From: Nitrospirota bacterium
Lineage (GTDB): Bacteria; Nitrospirota; UBA9217
Assembly (NCBI GenBank): GCA_963818475.1
Contig: CAWFSF010000002.1
Coordinates: 256,001-320,000, forward strand
Reading direction: 5' to 3'
Length of the DNA: 64,000 nucleotides
Position 1 is the stretch's first letter; the number at the start of each line of letters is the position of its first letter. Positions 33,705-45,341 of this stretch are shown piece after piece. A program made the translations under genes and the position numbers. The notes under the pieces are model-generated. The model saw nothing but the letters and a program-made list of their open reading frames with translations, did not search any database and was not told the origin of the DNA.

Positions 33705-34295
33705 ATGTCTCGCAAAGCAACGATCGAACGCAAGACCAAAGAAACGGACATCAAGATATCCCTGGACCTCGACGGCACGGGCGTGTACAGCATCAAGACC
33801 TCGGTGCCGTTCATGGACCACATGTTCTCGCACATCGCCAAGCACGGCTTCTTCGACCTCACGATCAAGGCCAAGGGCGATATCGAGATCGACGACCACC
33901 ACACGGTCGAGGACCTGGGCATCGCCTTCGGCCAGGCGCTCAAAAAAGCGCTGGGCGACAGCAAGGGCATCCGGCGGTACGGCGATGCGACGGTGCCCAT
34001 GGACGAGACCCTGGCGCAGGTGGTGATGGACCTCTCGGGCAGGCCTTTCCTGGCTTACCAGGTCGATCTGCCGAAGAAGTACAAGCTCAAGGACTTCGAC
34101 CCCGGACTTGCAGAGGATTTTTTTCAGTCCGTTGCGAACCATGCCGGCATGAACCTGCATATCCGCCTCCATTACGGCCGCGATGTCCACCACATGCTCG
34201 AAGGCATCTTCAAGGCCTTCGGCCGCGCCCTGGACCAGGCCACCAGCCTCGATCCGAGGATCAAGGGCGTGCTCTCGACGAAAGGCAAAATCTAA
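33705..34295 (+). CDS. hisB: Imidazoleglycerol-phosphate dehydratase
   Basis: [49 protein letters not shown]. Confidence 0.97.
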   Translation: MSRKATIERKTKETDIKISLDLDGTGVYSIKTSVPFMDHMFSHIAKHGFFDLTIKAKGDIEIDDHHTVEDLGIAFGQALKKALGDSKGIRRYGDATVPMDETLAQVVMDLSGRPFLAYQVDLPKKYKLKDFDPGLAEDFFQSVANHAGMNLHIRLHYGRDVHHMLEGIFKAFGRALDQATSLDPRIKGVLSTKGKI

Positions 34296-34377
34296 ATCGG
34301 TGAATAGGGTGAGTAGGTGAAGAGGTGAATCGGTCAAGGAGTTTTCCCTCCGATTAACCCATTCACCGATTAACCGT
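34295..34377. repeat. Inverted pair of 8-mer arrays (AATCGGTG / CACCGATT)
   Basis: AATCGGTGAATAGGGTGAGTAGGTGAAGAGGTGAATCGG ... CCGATTAACCCATTCACCGATTAACCG. Confidence 0.8.
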
Positions 34378-34393
34378 TTCGCCAGATATTATT

Positions 34394-35031
34394 ATGATCG
34401 CAATTATCGATTACGGAATGGGCAACTTACGGAGCGTTCAGAAGGGCTTTGAACGCGTGGGCCGCGAGGCCGTGGTCACGAGCGACGCAAAGACGATCTT
34501 AAGCGCAGGCAAGGTCGTGCTGCCCGGCGTCGGCGCGTTCCCGGACTGCATGCGGAACCTGGAGCAGAACGGCCTGATCGACGTGGTACACGAGACCATC
34601 AGATCCGGCAAACCCTTTCTCGGCATCTGCCTGGGGCTCCAGCTCCTGTTCACCGAGAGCGAAGAGTTCGGACTTTCAAAAGGACTGGATATCATCAAAG
34701 GCCGCGTGGTCCGGTTCAAGGGTCCTCAGTTCGAAACGCAGGATCCGAACGCGAAACATTGAAGGTCCCCCACATGGGCTGGAATTCCATTTCGATCAAG
34801 CGGCGGCCACCGGCGCTCCAGGATGTTCCTGACAACAGCCATGTCTATTTCGTGCATTCCTTCCATGTCGTGCCTGACGACAAGAACGTGATCGCCACGA
34901 CAACGGACTACGGCATCGAGTTCGTCTCGAGCATCTGGAAGGACAATATCTTCGCGGTCCAGTTCCACCCGGAGAAGAGCCAGACCCTGGGGTTGTCGAT
35001 ATTGAAGCGCTTCGGAGAACAGAAATCGTAG
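34394..35031 (+). CDS. hisH: Imidazole glycerol phosphate synthase glutaminase subunit (frameshift near 34758)
   Basis: IDYGMGNLRSV, LPGVGAF, LGICLGLQ, VPHMGWN, YFVHSF, QFHPEKS. Confidence 0.96.
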
Positions 35032-35035
35032 ATCC

Positions 35036-35160
35036 ACCACGGAGACACAGAGTCACAGAGAAGGCAAATTTAATCACAAGTTGACACAGATAACACGGTA
35101 ACAAGCTGATCAAGTCGCTTCTATTTCTAGCTTTCCTCCGTGCCTCTGTGTCTCCGTGGT
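35036..35160. repeat. Inverted pair of 8-9-mer arrays (CACAGAG / CTCTGTG)
   Basis: ACCACGGAGACACAGAGTCACAGAG ... CTCCGTGCCTCTGTGTCTCCGTGGT. Confidence 0.88.
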
Positions 35161-35179
35161 AAAAAGTTTTGAGGTTTTC

Positions 35180-35925
35180 ATGCTGATCATTCCCGCAATC
35201 GATCTTCAAAGAAGGCAAATGCGTCCGGCTCGAACAGGGGCTCATGGACAAGGCCACGGTCTACTCCGATGATCCCGGCACCACGGCAAAGCACTGGGAA
35301 GCGCAGGGCGCCGAGCTGCTGCATGTGGTCGACCTGAACGGCGCGTTCGCCGGCGTGCCCAAGAACCTCGACGCCATCAAGGCCATCCGGGCCGCCATCA
35401 GGATCCCGATCGAAGTGGGCGGCGGCATCCGCGACATCGCAACGATCGAGACCCTCGTCTCGATCGGCATCGACCGGATCATCCTCGGCACCGCGGCCAT
35501 CGAGAACCCGCGTTCGTCGGCGAGGCCTGCAGGAAGTTCCCGGGCAGGATCATCGTGGGCATCGACGCCAAGGAAGGCCTCGTGGCGATCAAGGGCTGGG
35601 CAGAGGTCACGAAGGTGCAGGCCGTCGACCTCGCCAGGCAGATGCAGGACCACGGCGTTATCGCGATCATCTACACGGACATCAAGCGGGACGGCATGCT
35701 GTCGGGCCCGAACATCGAAGCGACCAAGGCGCTCGCGAAAGCGCTCACCATCCCGGTCATCGCCTCGGGCGGCGTGCATACCATGAAGGACATCGAGAAC
35801 CTGCTGACCGTCAGGCACTCCGGCGTCTCCGGGGTGATCACCGGCAAGGCGATCTACACGGCTCGCTCGATCTGAAGGAAGCGATCACGTTCGTCAAGAT
35901 GAACGACAACCGCTGCGCACGGTAG
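35180..35925 (+). CDS. hisA: ProFAR isomerase (about three frameshifts)
   Basis: [54 protein letters not shown]. Confidence 0.95.
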
Positions 35926-35928
35926 GAT

Positions 35929-36068
35929 CAATTTCCAAATGACAAGCATCAAATCTCAGAATAAACTCCAAATGCCAAAAACCAATCATGAAACTTACTT
36001 CATTTTTAATTTCGGTCATTGGATCTTTGCATATTATTTGCGATTTGTTATTTGTAATTTGTGATTTG
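35929..36068. repeat. Inverted pair of AT-rich heptamer arrays (CAAAT.. / ..ATTTG)
   Basis: AATTTCCAAATGACAAGCATCAAAT..CAAATGCCAAAAACCAAT ... ATTTGCGATTTGTTATTTGTAATTTGTGATTTG. Confidence 0.78.
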
Positions 36069-36085
36069 CTTTATTTAGGAGTCCC

Positions 36086-36944
36086 ATGCTTAACCAAACG
36101 AATCATACCCTGTCTCGACGTAAAAGCCGGCCGCGTGGTAAAAGGCGTCAGCTTCGTGAACCTGCGCGACGCCGGGGACCCGGTCGAGATCGCAAAGGCC
36201 TATGACGAACAGGGCGCCGACGAGCTCACGTTCCTGGACATCACCGCCTCGCACGAGGAGCGCGGCATCATCCTCGACATCGTGCGCCGCACTGCGGAGC
36301 AGGTCTTCATGCCGCTCACGGTCGGCGGCGGCATCAAGGTGCTCGACGACATCAGGAACCTCCTGCTTGCCGGGTGCGACAAGGTCTCGATCAACACCAC
36401 GGCGGTCCACGACCCGGAGTTCATCAAGGCCGCCTCGACCCGCTTCGGCAGCCAGTGCATCGTCGTCGCCATCGACGCCAAGCAGGTGATAGCGCACGAC
36501 CCGGACTTCAAATCGCCCTTGAAATGGGCCGACGACCCGAAGTATAAGTCTCTGCTTCTTTCGCAATCCGCAATCCGCAATCCGCAATCCGAAATTACAT
36601 GGGAGGTCTACACCCACGGCGGCAGAAAGCCCATGGGCATCGATGCCGTGGCCTGGGCGCGGATGATGGCGGAGTACGGCGCGGGCGAGATCCTGCTCAC
36701 GAGCATGGACCAGGACGGACAGAAGAACGGCTACGACCTGGAGCTGACGCGCGCCGTTGCCGAGGCGGTCTCCATACCGGTCATCGCATCAGGCGGCGTG
36801 GGGAACCTGGAACATATATATCAGGGATTGACGACGGGCAAGGCTGATGCTGCGCTGGCTGCTTCGATCTTTCACTTCAAGGAATACACCATCAGGCAGG
36901 CAAAAGAATATTTAAAGGAACGCGGCGTGCCGGTGCGGTTGTAG
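36086..36944 (+). CDS. hisF: Imidazole glycerol phosphate synthase cyclase subunit with ~35-aa insertion (frameshift just after ATG)
   Basis: [58 protein letters not shown]. Confidence 0.96.
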
Positions 36945-36982
36945 CGAACTGGAAACGTGTTGTTCTGCTCCGCTCTTCTGCT

Positions 36983-37372
36983 TTAAAACCTATACCCTCC
37001 CAGAAACGTGCAGACCGTCTTGATGAGCTCGACCTGATTCACCGGTTTGGTGAGATAACCGTTCGCTCCGAGCGCCATCCCCATTTCCCGGTCCTTTACT
37101 TCCCCCTTGGTCGTGATCACGATGATCGGCATGTTGCTGTTCAGCCCGGTGCGCACCCACCTGACCAGCTCGGCGCCGTTCATTTCCGGCATGTTCATGT
37201 CGGTCAGCAGAAGATCGAAGGTGCCGCTCTTCAGCTTGGCAAGGGCGTCGAGCCCGTTCACCGCTTCCGTAATATTGATCTTGAGCATGCGCTTCAGGTT
37301 CATGACAAGGAACATCCGCATGATCGCCGAATCATCCGTCACGAGTATGGATTTATCTGAATAGTTAAACAT
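36983..37372 (-). CDS. Single-domain (CheY-like) response regulator
   Basis: LVTDDS, LLTDMNMPEMNG, IVITT, YLTKP. Confidence 0.92.
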   Translation of the reverse strand: MFNYSDKSILVTDDSAIMRMFLVMNLKRMLKINITEAVNGLDALAKLKSGTFDLLLTDMNMPEMNGAELVRWVRTGLNSNMPIIVITTKGEVKDREMGMALGANGYLTKPVNQVELIKTVCTFLGGYRF

Positions 37373-37487
37373 CCCTGCGATCTTCCTTTTCGCCTGCCGG
37401 GGTTAGAAAAAGCGGGAAGAGGCTCCCGCCATGTCTTTCTTGCGCCTGATTATAGCATGGTCCGCGCTGGTCCGCCAGACCGGAAGC

Positions 37488-40400
37488 TTACCATCCGGCG
37501 AACCACTTCACCGCTTCCGCAGCGGAGAGCTGATCGAACTTCATCCTGAGCTTGACGAAGAATCCACGGCTCGTGAACTCGGCACGGGAGAAGTCCCGGT
37601 CATTGAATCCCTCGAAATTATAGCCGATGCTGATCCAGAGGTTCTTTGCAGCGGTATAACCCACTGAGGCCTGGCTTCCATAGCTTTTCTGATCGAGGCC
37701 CCAGGAATGCAGCATGCTGCCGCGGAGCCCAACGTCCCAGGACGTGGTGATATCGTATCGCCCTTCGATCCCGATCAGGTCCGTGTATCCGCGGTAGTCG
37801 TCCTGGTCGATCGTCTCCTGCACATACTTGGACCCGTACTGGAATGAGAGCTGGGTGCGGCTGTCCGCCCGATGGTTCAAGACGAGATTGTTCACCAGCC
37901 GCTGGTTCTCGAAGGATACCGCAGCGCTCTGCTGGTCCGTGCGAATGTAGTCGAAGCGGTCCAGAAGGATGATCCGGGTCTCGAATGGCCGGTAAGCGAA
38001 ACCGATCCGGAAGTCTCCGTTGAAATTCTCCGTTCCCGTTGCCGCGACGCTTCGATAGGTTTGCAGACCCGCGGCAAGCCCCAGGCCGCGCCGCACCTCG
38101 CCTACCGCGCCGGTCGTGAAGCTCACCCGCTCCTCGCTTTCAGAAACGCGGCGCTCTGCGCGGCCGGTCCAGGACCACTTCTCCTGGCGGTATCCTGCGC
38201 CGAGCGAAATGGCGGTGAAGTCCTCGGTGCTGCCCGACGCAGGCGGAACATTCGTATTCACCGAGTACGTTCCGCTGTTGCGGATCGTCGCGGTGCGGTC
38301 CACGCCGCCGTCGAGCGACCAGGCCTTCGTGAGCTGCCAGGTCTGCTTCAGCCCCAGGGTGGAGAAAAGCCGCAGGCCGTTCCCGGTCTCCAGCTGCTCC
38401 ATGGTGGAGCTCATCTGGCCGCCGGTCCAGGGCGACGCCCGCAAACCGATCCGGGTGGTCGCCGTGTCAGCCTGCTTGCCTTGGGTAAGCTCCTGATCGG
38501 CAAAGAACGTCGCGGTCGGGTTCAGCCGGTACTCCATGCCCATGGTCGTCCGCGTCGGAAAATCGATGTTGTCGCTGCTGCCGATGGACTGGTCGTGCTG
38601 GACCCTGCCGAAGAAGCGCTCCGTGAACTGATAACGCATGCTGGTATAGATCTGGTCGGACTGGTGCGTTTCACCTCCAGCCAGCGCATCCTCGGCCTGA
38701 CGCAGGCCGGCTGTCACGTCGTATTTCGTTCCCGTGTACCGTCCCCAGAGCTCGGCAAGGTTGCGCGTTGCGTTCGTGGAGAGGTTCTCCTGACGGAAGG
38801 CCTCGCCGCCCACGGACCAGGGCTGGTCAAGCCGGTAGAGCAGGCCTGCGCCCGTCTTCCGGGTGCCGGTTTCGCTGCCGTTCTGCTGGCCCAGGCCGAA
38901 ACCAGTCTCCTGCTCCCGCACGTAGGCCTTGCCGTCCATCCGGTCGCTCTGGTGCTGGACCTCTGCCAGGTATGCGGAACCCTCGGTCGTGACGCCGGCC
39001 TGCTCCGTCTTCGTGGTCGCCGCCTCTGCCCGGACCTTCGTTGCAGGACCGAGCTTCAGTGTGGCATCGACGCCTTCGAGGTTCCCTTCGCCGCCGACCC
39101 TGCCCTCATGCACGTGCGAGACCCCCACTTCCAGCGTCTGATCCAGAAGCTTCAGGGCGCCGCGGCCGCCGTAGGTGTACGACGTATCTGACGAATCATT
39201 GGACTCGTAGGCTGCCACGATGAAGATGGGGTTGAAGCTGCCATCCCTGCTGAATACGGGCGACTTGAAAAAGACCGTCCCCGCCTCGTAATCAATGGTG
39301 TAATCAAGAAAGCGCGTCAGCTGCAGCCGCGAGACAATGACCTCGCTCTTGAACCGGTCCCGGGTCTCGATGGTTATGCTCTCGGAATTGGCCGCGATGT
39401 TCCTGCGCGAGAGCCGGTAGAGGCCCGAGGTGCCGTCTCCCTGGATCTCATCCCTGACATAAGCCTGGTCCGTGTCCGCCAGGAACAGACTGTACTCGAA
39501 GTTCTCGCCCTTCATCTCGGATTTAAAACCCGTGAAGGTGCGGCTGTACCGAGACAGGTCGGTCACGGTCAGACCGGTGTCATAGTCGCCGAACAGGGCG
39601 TAGAACTGGTCGCGTTCCAGCTTGACATAGATGTTCTTCGCGCTCGCCGCATCGTATTGCTGCTCGCCGGCGTCACCGTAGAGGAGGTAATACTTGTTCG
39701 GATCGATGGTCTGGTAGAGGTCCCGTTTCTTGCTGCCGCTCTTTTTGCTGTCATAGGCAGCCGTGATCAGCCACTCTCCCTTGATCATGCCTTTGGCATA
39801 GAACGCCAGCCTGCCCTCTTCAGAGAAGCCGTCGCCGCCCGGCAGCGTCTCCATGTTGCCCGTTACCGTGTCGTAGCCCACCGTGCCCTCGGCAAGGCCC
39901 ACCAGGACCCAGTCGCGGGTCTCGGGTCTGAGCCAGACGCGGATCTCCTGCACCCCCTGTGCGAGCGGGATCCGGACAACCGCCTCCCCGGTGCGCGTGG
40001 TGGCCGCAAGTTCGATGAGCGCCACGCCGTCCTCACTCACCTCATACCTGAACCGTTCGCGCGGTCTGAGCGGTGAGCGGCGCCTGCTGCAGCTCCGTTG
40101 CGCGCTGCTGCGGCAGATAGGGCGGGTCAATGCTGAATTCGCCGAGCGCTCCCTGGCGCGCCGGATGGCCGTCCCGGTCAAGGAGCCGGACAGCGATGAT
40201 CGCCGGGTTCCTGCCGTCGGCAACAAGCCGCGATCGCCCGGGCTCCAGAACAGCCTGCAAGGGAGGGCCTGAATAGTGCATCGAACGCTCCATGCGGCTG
40301 ACCTCGGCGCCTGACGGGTCAAGGACCACCAGCTCGAACCGGTTATCACCGTCAACGAGGTGAATGCCGCGCCAGATGCTGACCCCGACGGTATGGTCGT

Positions 40401-43350
40401 TCTTCTTCACCGTTCCGTCGAAATAGAGCGCATCCACCGGAACGCCGTTCTGGAGGAGCCGCACCGTCATGCTCGGGTCATGCTTGATCGCGATCTTCGT
40501 GCTCGCGATGGCGGGATGGTCGCTGTCAGGCGGCCAGAGCCAGGCAGTACCGGGCTCTGCTGTGTCGAGCCAGGCAGCAGTGTAGGCCGGCATGCTCTTG
40601 TTGTCCGAAACAGCGGCTGTTCCCTTTTCCGGAGCCCAGACCTCACCGGGCCGGAGCCCGATCGTTGCCACGGCCTTCATGCCGCTGGCCGGGCCGCTCT
40701 TGAGGGCGGGGACTACGAGGACCTGCAGAGGCGGCCGCACCTTGAGTTCCACGCGGCGGTTCCGGGTCCGGCCCTGCTCCGTTGCGTTGCTTGCCACCGG
40801 CTCGTCGGGCCCTTTGCCCTCATAGGTGACTTGGTCAGGTGCAAGTCCCAGCGCGTCGGCGAGGTACGACCCGACCGCTGCCGCGCGCTCGAACGACAGG
40901 GCGTGGTTGTCGGGATACCGCGCTTGCAGTCTGCGGCTGATCGGCCGCGAGTCCGTATGGCCGGTGACCGTAATGTGCTGCACGCGCACCTTTCCGAGCC
41001 GGACAAGGAGACGGTCCAGTTCCTTTTTATCATTCCCGGTCAGGACCGCACTGCCGCTCGAGAACTTCGGATGGAGCACGATGTCCGGCACGGGCTGGAG
41101 CTCCTCGCGGGTGCCAATAACGAGCGCGGTGTTCACCGCCGGCGTCCGGTTGTTCCTGGCCTCGGGCGAATCCGACGTAAGCACGGCTCCGGTAGGCAGC
41201 TGCCGGCCTTCGGGACCTTCGAGCGGCACCGCCGCGTCGAACTTGACCATCCCTTCCCAGTTCGCAGGGACCTCAGCGAAACGGAAGGTCAGCGCTCCCG
41301 CGGTTTCCTGAGGCTCGCCGATGGGGATAACGACCGGGGAGGCTCCGGTCGCCGCTCCGTCAACGATTCTGCCGGAAAAGATCACACTGCCCTTCCGGTA
41401 AGATGCCCCCTCAGGGAGCATGATCGAAAGCTTGAGGTTGCGCGCCGGCACCATGCCCACATGCATCGGCATCGTGTACTCAATGAGGTCCTTCCCAGCA
41501 CCCGCGCCCGGTGCGCCGTCTGCGGACCGCTTCGGAGCCGTGGCGATCTCGATGCTTACCTCGCCGGCAGCCTTCGGTTTGAGGCCGAGGTGGAAGTCCG
41601 CACGCCAGAGCGTCCCGCCCTGCAGATCCGCGAACCGGGAGAAGGGGTTCCCGGCAGAGCGGGTGTTCTCTTCACAGGGCAGGATCTCGTATTTCTCGGG
41701 CACGGTCGCAGTGTCAAGCTGAACCACGTGCGTGCCCGGCTTCACCGCAGCGAAGTGGAACATGCCCTGCTCGTCCGTCACCACGTAGGTGCCGTCCTCC
41801 AGGAAGATCCGGACCTGAGCCAGGCCGGCGCCGATGCTCCGGTCAGGATCGCCGCACCCGTCTATGGCCACACGGCCCGCGATGGTCGCCGTGGAGCGGA
41901 ACAGGTCCTCGATGACCAGCACCGTGGCAGTGGCGGCGTTCGATGCAGAGCCGATCACGGTCGTGGCTACAGCCGTGTTAACGGCCTTGCCGGGATTGGC
42001 GCCTGCTCCGACCGACGCCACATAGGCAACCAGTGCCCTGCCTGACGGTCCCAGGTCGCCGACGGAGAAGGTAAGCCCCCGGCCGTCAGGGGTAACCGTG
42101 GGATCGGCCAGCCGCACGCCGTTCAGCCGGGCCGAGCCTTTCTCGTAGCGGAATCCCGCGGGGCAGCCGGTCCGTGACACCGACACCCGGCGCAAACGCC
42201 GTCGTATCGGCGTTCTCCACCGTAAGAGTATAGGGAACGAAATCTCCTACAGCTGCGGTCGCCTTTGCCGCGGTCTTCTGGAGCCAGAGCCCGGTTCCCA
42301 CGGGGTCCACAGGAATGTCGATATGGAGCGCCGGACCGGGGTTCACCACGAATTCCTCGCCTCTTGATCCGGGATCCACCATGGCAAAGGGGCTGCCCGG
42401 CAGCGCCTGGATCGTCGAGGTGGGCACTGCCGAAGGGGCCCGGTACGCAGCCGGCGGGACAACATCGAGGCGGTAGCGTCCGGGCGCGATATAGGGGAAC
42501 CGGAAACCGCCGGCGGCAAAAGTGTAGCTCGCGCCGCCGCTGTCCATGGCTGTGCCGCCGGAAGTGACCGAGGCCGGGAATGCTGACACGCCGTCATCGC
42601 CATACACCGTGGCAGGCAGGCCGGTCGTTGTGTCAACGAGGGTGACCGTGGCCCCGTCCACGGGCAGGCCGGTCGTGCTGTTGAAGACCAAACCATAGGG
42701 ATCGACCAGAGCAAGGTCGACGCGGCTGTCGGTGCTGTCGGCCACGTCCACGTAGGAGCCGTTGATCCGGGAATTGACGGCAACGCTCAGGATCCCGTTC
42801 CCGCTCACGGCGGGCCCGGGACCGGTCTGGATGTAGCCGGTGAATACGCCCGTGTTCGGGCCGGTCTCGCGAAGACGCAGAACCTCTATGTCATTGGTGG
42901 CGCTGACTCCGACCGTCACCAGGACGGTCTCGATGGCCGCAGGATCGAGGTCCTGGTCAAGGTCGGTCAGGCGGATGAAGAGCGGTTCGCCGGTATGGTA
43001 TGTGCTTCCTGGCACCAGCGGGACAGGCGCGCTGAGGTTGATCGGCGCGGTGCTCGGGAACTGTACCGGATCGGGCAGAACGGCAAAAGGACCTGCGCTC
43101 GTGCGGTAGTCCGTCAGTGAAATGACCGTCGGACGGCTGACGGCGACGCCGGGGCATACTGCAGGAACTCAAGGACCGACGGCGTGCGCGTTGCCACGGT
43201 GGTGATCCGCACCAGGTTGGAACTGGAGGCTACGCCGGCGCCGTCCACGGTATAGGCCGCCGTGGCCGTATTATCGATAAGGGTCCCCGGCGGCACTGCC
43301 CAAAGAGATGAGGACGAAAGAATAAGAATGAAAAGGACCAGGATTGCCAT
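37488..43350 (-). CDS. Very large outer-membrane protein (~1950 aa): N-terminal strand, Ig-like/DUF11 domains, OmpA-like peptidoglycan-binding domain, C-terminal beta-barrel (frameshifts near 43130, 42160, 40045; start uncertain)
   Basis: Joined from ORFs 43114-43500, 42086-43015, 40042-42195, 37488-40355. Signal peptide then VPPGTLIDNTA; DUF11 (LQK..YTLTVEN..TDRLP..VNTA); OmpA (GHTDS..N..LS..RA..V..GKGP..PVASN..GR..NRRVE); long amphipathic beta-strand C-terminus. Confidence 0.85.
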
Positions 43351-43537
43351 CAGTCCCGATGATGCTGCCCGGGAAAAACAAGCAGCCGCAGGAGCGCATT
43401 CCGCGCCCCTGCGGCTGATGATCGAATTCTTTTCCAAGCAGCAGACGCAGCCCGTCCGTGCTGCCCATGCTCCGGGCAACCGGTCTGACGACTGCATCAC
43501 TGTTGCGGGAAAAGTGGTTCATACTGCGAACTGCTCC

Positions 43538-44656
43538 TTACTGGACCACGACCTGGAACTTGATCACTGCCGATGACGAGAGTGGGATCGTAAGCCCGCT
43601 CACCGTCACGGTATTGGCAGTGAAGTTCGCCCCGTCTCCGTCTGCGTTCGTGTTGGTCTTGCATCCGCCGTTCACCACGATGCCCTCCCCTGCGACGCAG
43701 GTGATCGTAACGCCGTCATTGAACTGCGTGTTAAAGGCCAATCTGCCTGCAGCGATCTCAGCAGCAAGGCTGTCGGTGATGGACACATTATCGGCTTGAG
43801 AACCGGTCGCGCCGTTCGTCACCGTAATGGTGTAGGTGATGACCGCTCCGGGGATCATCTTGGGATTTGACGAGCTGAACGGATCGGAATAGACCACTGC
43901 GGTTTTGGTGATCGTCAGGGCTGCTGCGGTCACCCGGTACGCGCTCCGGTCGGAACCCTCTCCGTCATATTGCGTGTCCGTCCCCACGCTGGCGTTGGCT
44001 GCATCGGCAAAGACCACGTCCACGCCGAGCAGGTTGTTCGCGGCACCGGAGGAGTCCGCCGTCAGCGCGCCAAGACCCGCTCCGCCCGCGTTATGCGTTG
44101 TAGCAATAAGAGCGTAGGCGGCTATATCATTGGTGGCCTGGCCTGCGGGAATGTCTGCCACGATGTAGACCGTCGCGGTTGCATCGGAGACCAGTTCGTC
44201 AATGATAGTCGCAGTGTCCGCACCCGCCTGGTATCCCGCTGTTCCGTTGGTCTCAACAAAGACCTGAACGTTCGCGGCGTCGAAGGAATCGGCCGCATCT
44301 CCGTTGAAGGGATCAGTGGCAGCTGCCGCCGCGAGACTATAGTCCTGCGTTGCGTTGCCATTGTTCCTCACCGTAAAGGTCTGCACCTGCGAGGTTGAAC
44401 TGGGTGCCGTGCTCACATAACTGCCGTCCGTGGTCGTCACGGTGAGGTTGACCTTTGTGTCAACCGCAAAGGTCGCCGTGGGGCCCGTGCTGAGCGGAGT
44501 CTGTGCCACGCCGCTGACCTCGTAGTTGACCGTGGCGCTGTTGGTGATCAGTGTTCCTGAAGCCGTGCCCGCGGCCTCTGCCGACAGCGGGGCGACGATG
44601 GCGATTGCCGCGATCAGCAGCAGCGCCATAAATCTGTAGATCCTGTTCGTATTCAT
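43538..44656 (-). CDS. Exported DUF11-family protein, 372 aa, candidate major pilin
   Basis: Strong RBS AAGGAGG, 165-bp upstream spacer, signal peptide ending AEA; mature N-terminus AGTASGTLITNSATVNY; C-terminal incomplete DUF11 ending VIKFQVVVQ. Confidence 0.85.
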   Translation of the reverse strand: MNTNRIYRFMALLLIAAIAIVAPLSAEAAGTASGTLITNSATVNYEVSGVAQTPLSTGPTATFAVDTKVNLTVTTTDGSYVSTAPSSTSQVQTFTVRNNGNATQDYSLAAAAATDPFNGDAADSFDAANVQVFVETNGTAGYQAGADTATIIDELVSDATATVYIVADIPAGQATNDIAAYALIATTHNAGGAGLGALTADSSGAANNLLGVDVVFADAANASVGTDTQYDGEGSDRSAYRVTAAALTITKTAVVYSDPFSSSNPKMIPGAVITYTITVTNGATGSQADNVSITDSLAAEIAAGRLAFNTQFNDGVTITCVAGEGIVVNGGCKTNTNADGDGANFTANTVTVSGLTIPLSSSAVIKFQVVVQ

Positions 44657-44821
44657 GTAATTCCTCCTTCGTAGTACTTCACCATTTCGTTCAGGTAGTT
44701 TATTCTGCTGCACGTGTTCTTCGCTTCTTATCAGTTTAATATCTGCAGTTGCACCACACTCCTTTCAACAATCAGTTTTATCAAGTCTTGTGAACTTGCT
44801 TGCATAGATATAAAAACCTTC

Positions 44822-45317
44822 TCATTTCACCATGGCCCGGAACGAAACGCTGCCTTTGCCGCCCGGAGCCAGCGGTTTGCCCAGGGTCCAGCGTATATGC
44901 GTATAATCCCCGGCCGTGGCCCGCTTCGACACTCCCTTGGCATCGGTCTTCGTCAGCTTATCCGGGGCTGCATAGCGCTTTCCCCTGGTCCACGGAGAAT
45001 TCGATCTTCATGCCCTGGCCCTCGGCGCTGTTCTCGACGTAGACAACGTGTTCGGACACGGGATTCGTTATCACGACATTCTCTACAGGCTTTTTGTCGA
45101 TGTTCGCATACTGCGTGGTGAATATGACCACATCGCCCGGTATGACCTTGGCTGCTGCGGCATCCACCCGCGTCACCTCTTTTTCACCTTTGGTGTTCGT
45201 TGCGGTGACCTCGACCTCGGAAATTGATATCAGTTCAAGGCTCCCTTTTTTCTGCGCTGTTGCAATCGTCGGCAGCAGCAGAACCAGCAGCACCATGCTC
45301 ACAACCGTTTTTGTCAT
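44822..45317 (-). CDS. Small exported DUF11-like single-domain protein (frameshift near 44980)
   Basis: Signal peptide; VIPGDVVIFTTQYAN..VVITNPV..FSVDQGK then, frame-corrected, RYAAPDKL..YTHIRWTL..APGGKGSVSFRAMVK*. Confidence 0.82.
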
Positions 45318-45341
45318 TATCGTATGCCCTCCTTGTAGTGC

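Noticed and set aside
34725-34760. Short insertion in HisH (ETQDPNAK) as another repeat invasion
   Set aside because: Lies in a naturally variable loop, coincides with a frameshift, and periodicity is weak.
35988-36085. Hydrophobic N-terminal extension of HisF (and MRISDCG extension of QmoC) in the ORF track
   Set aside because: These are translations of intergenic heptamer repeats; better-supported starts lie downstream (36086 with RBS; 2586 for qmoC).
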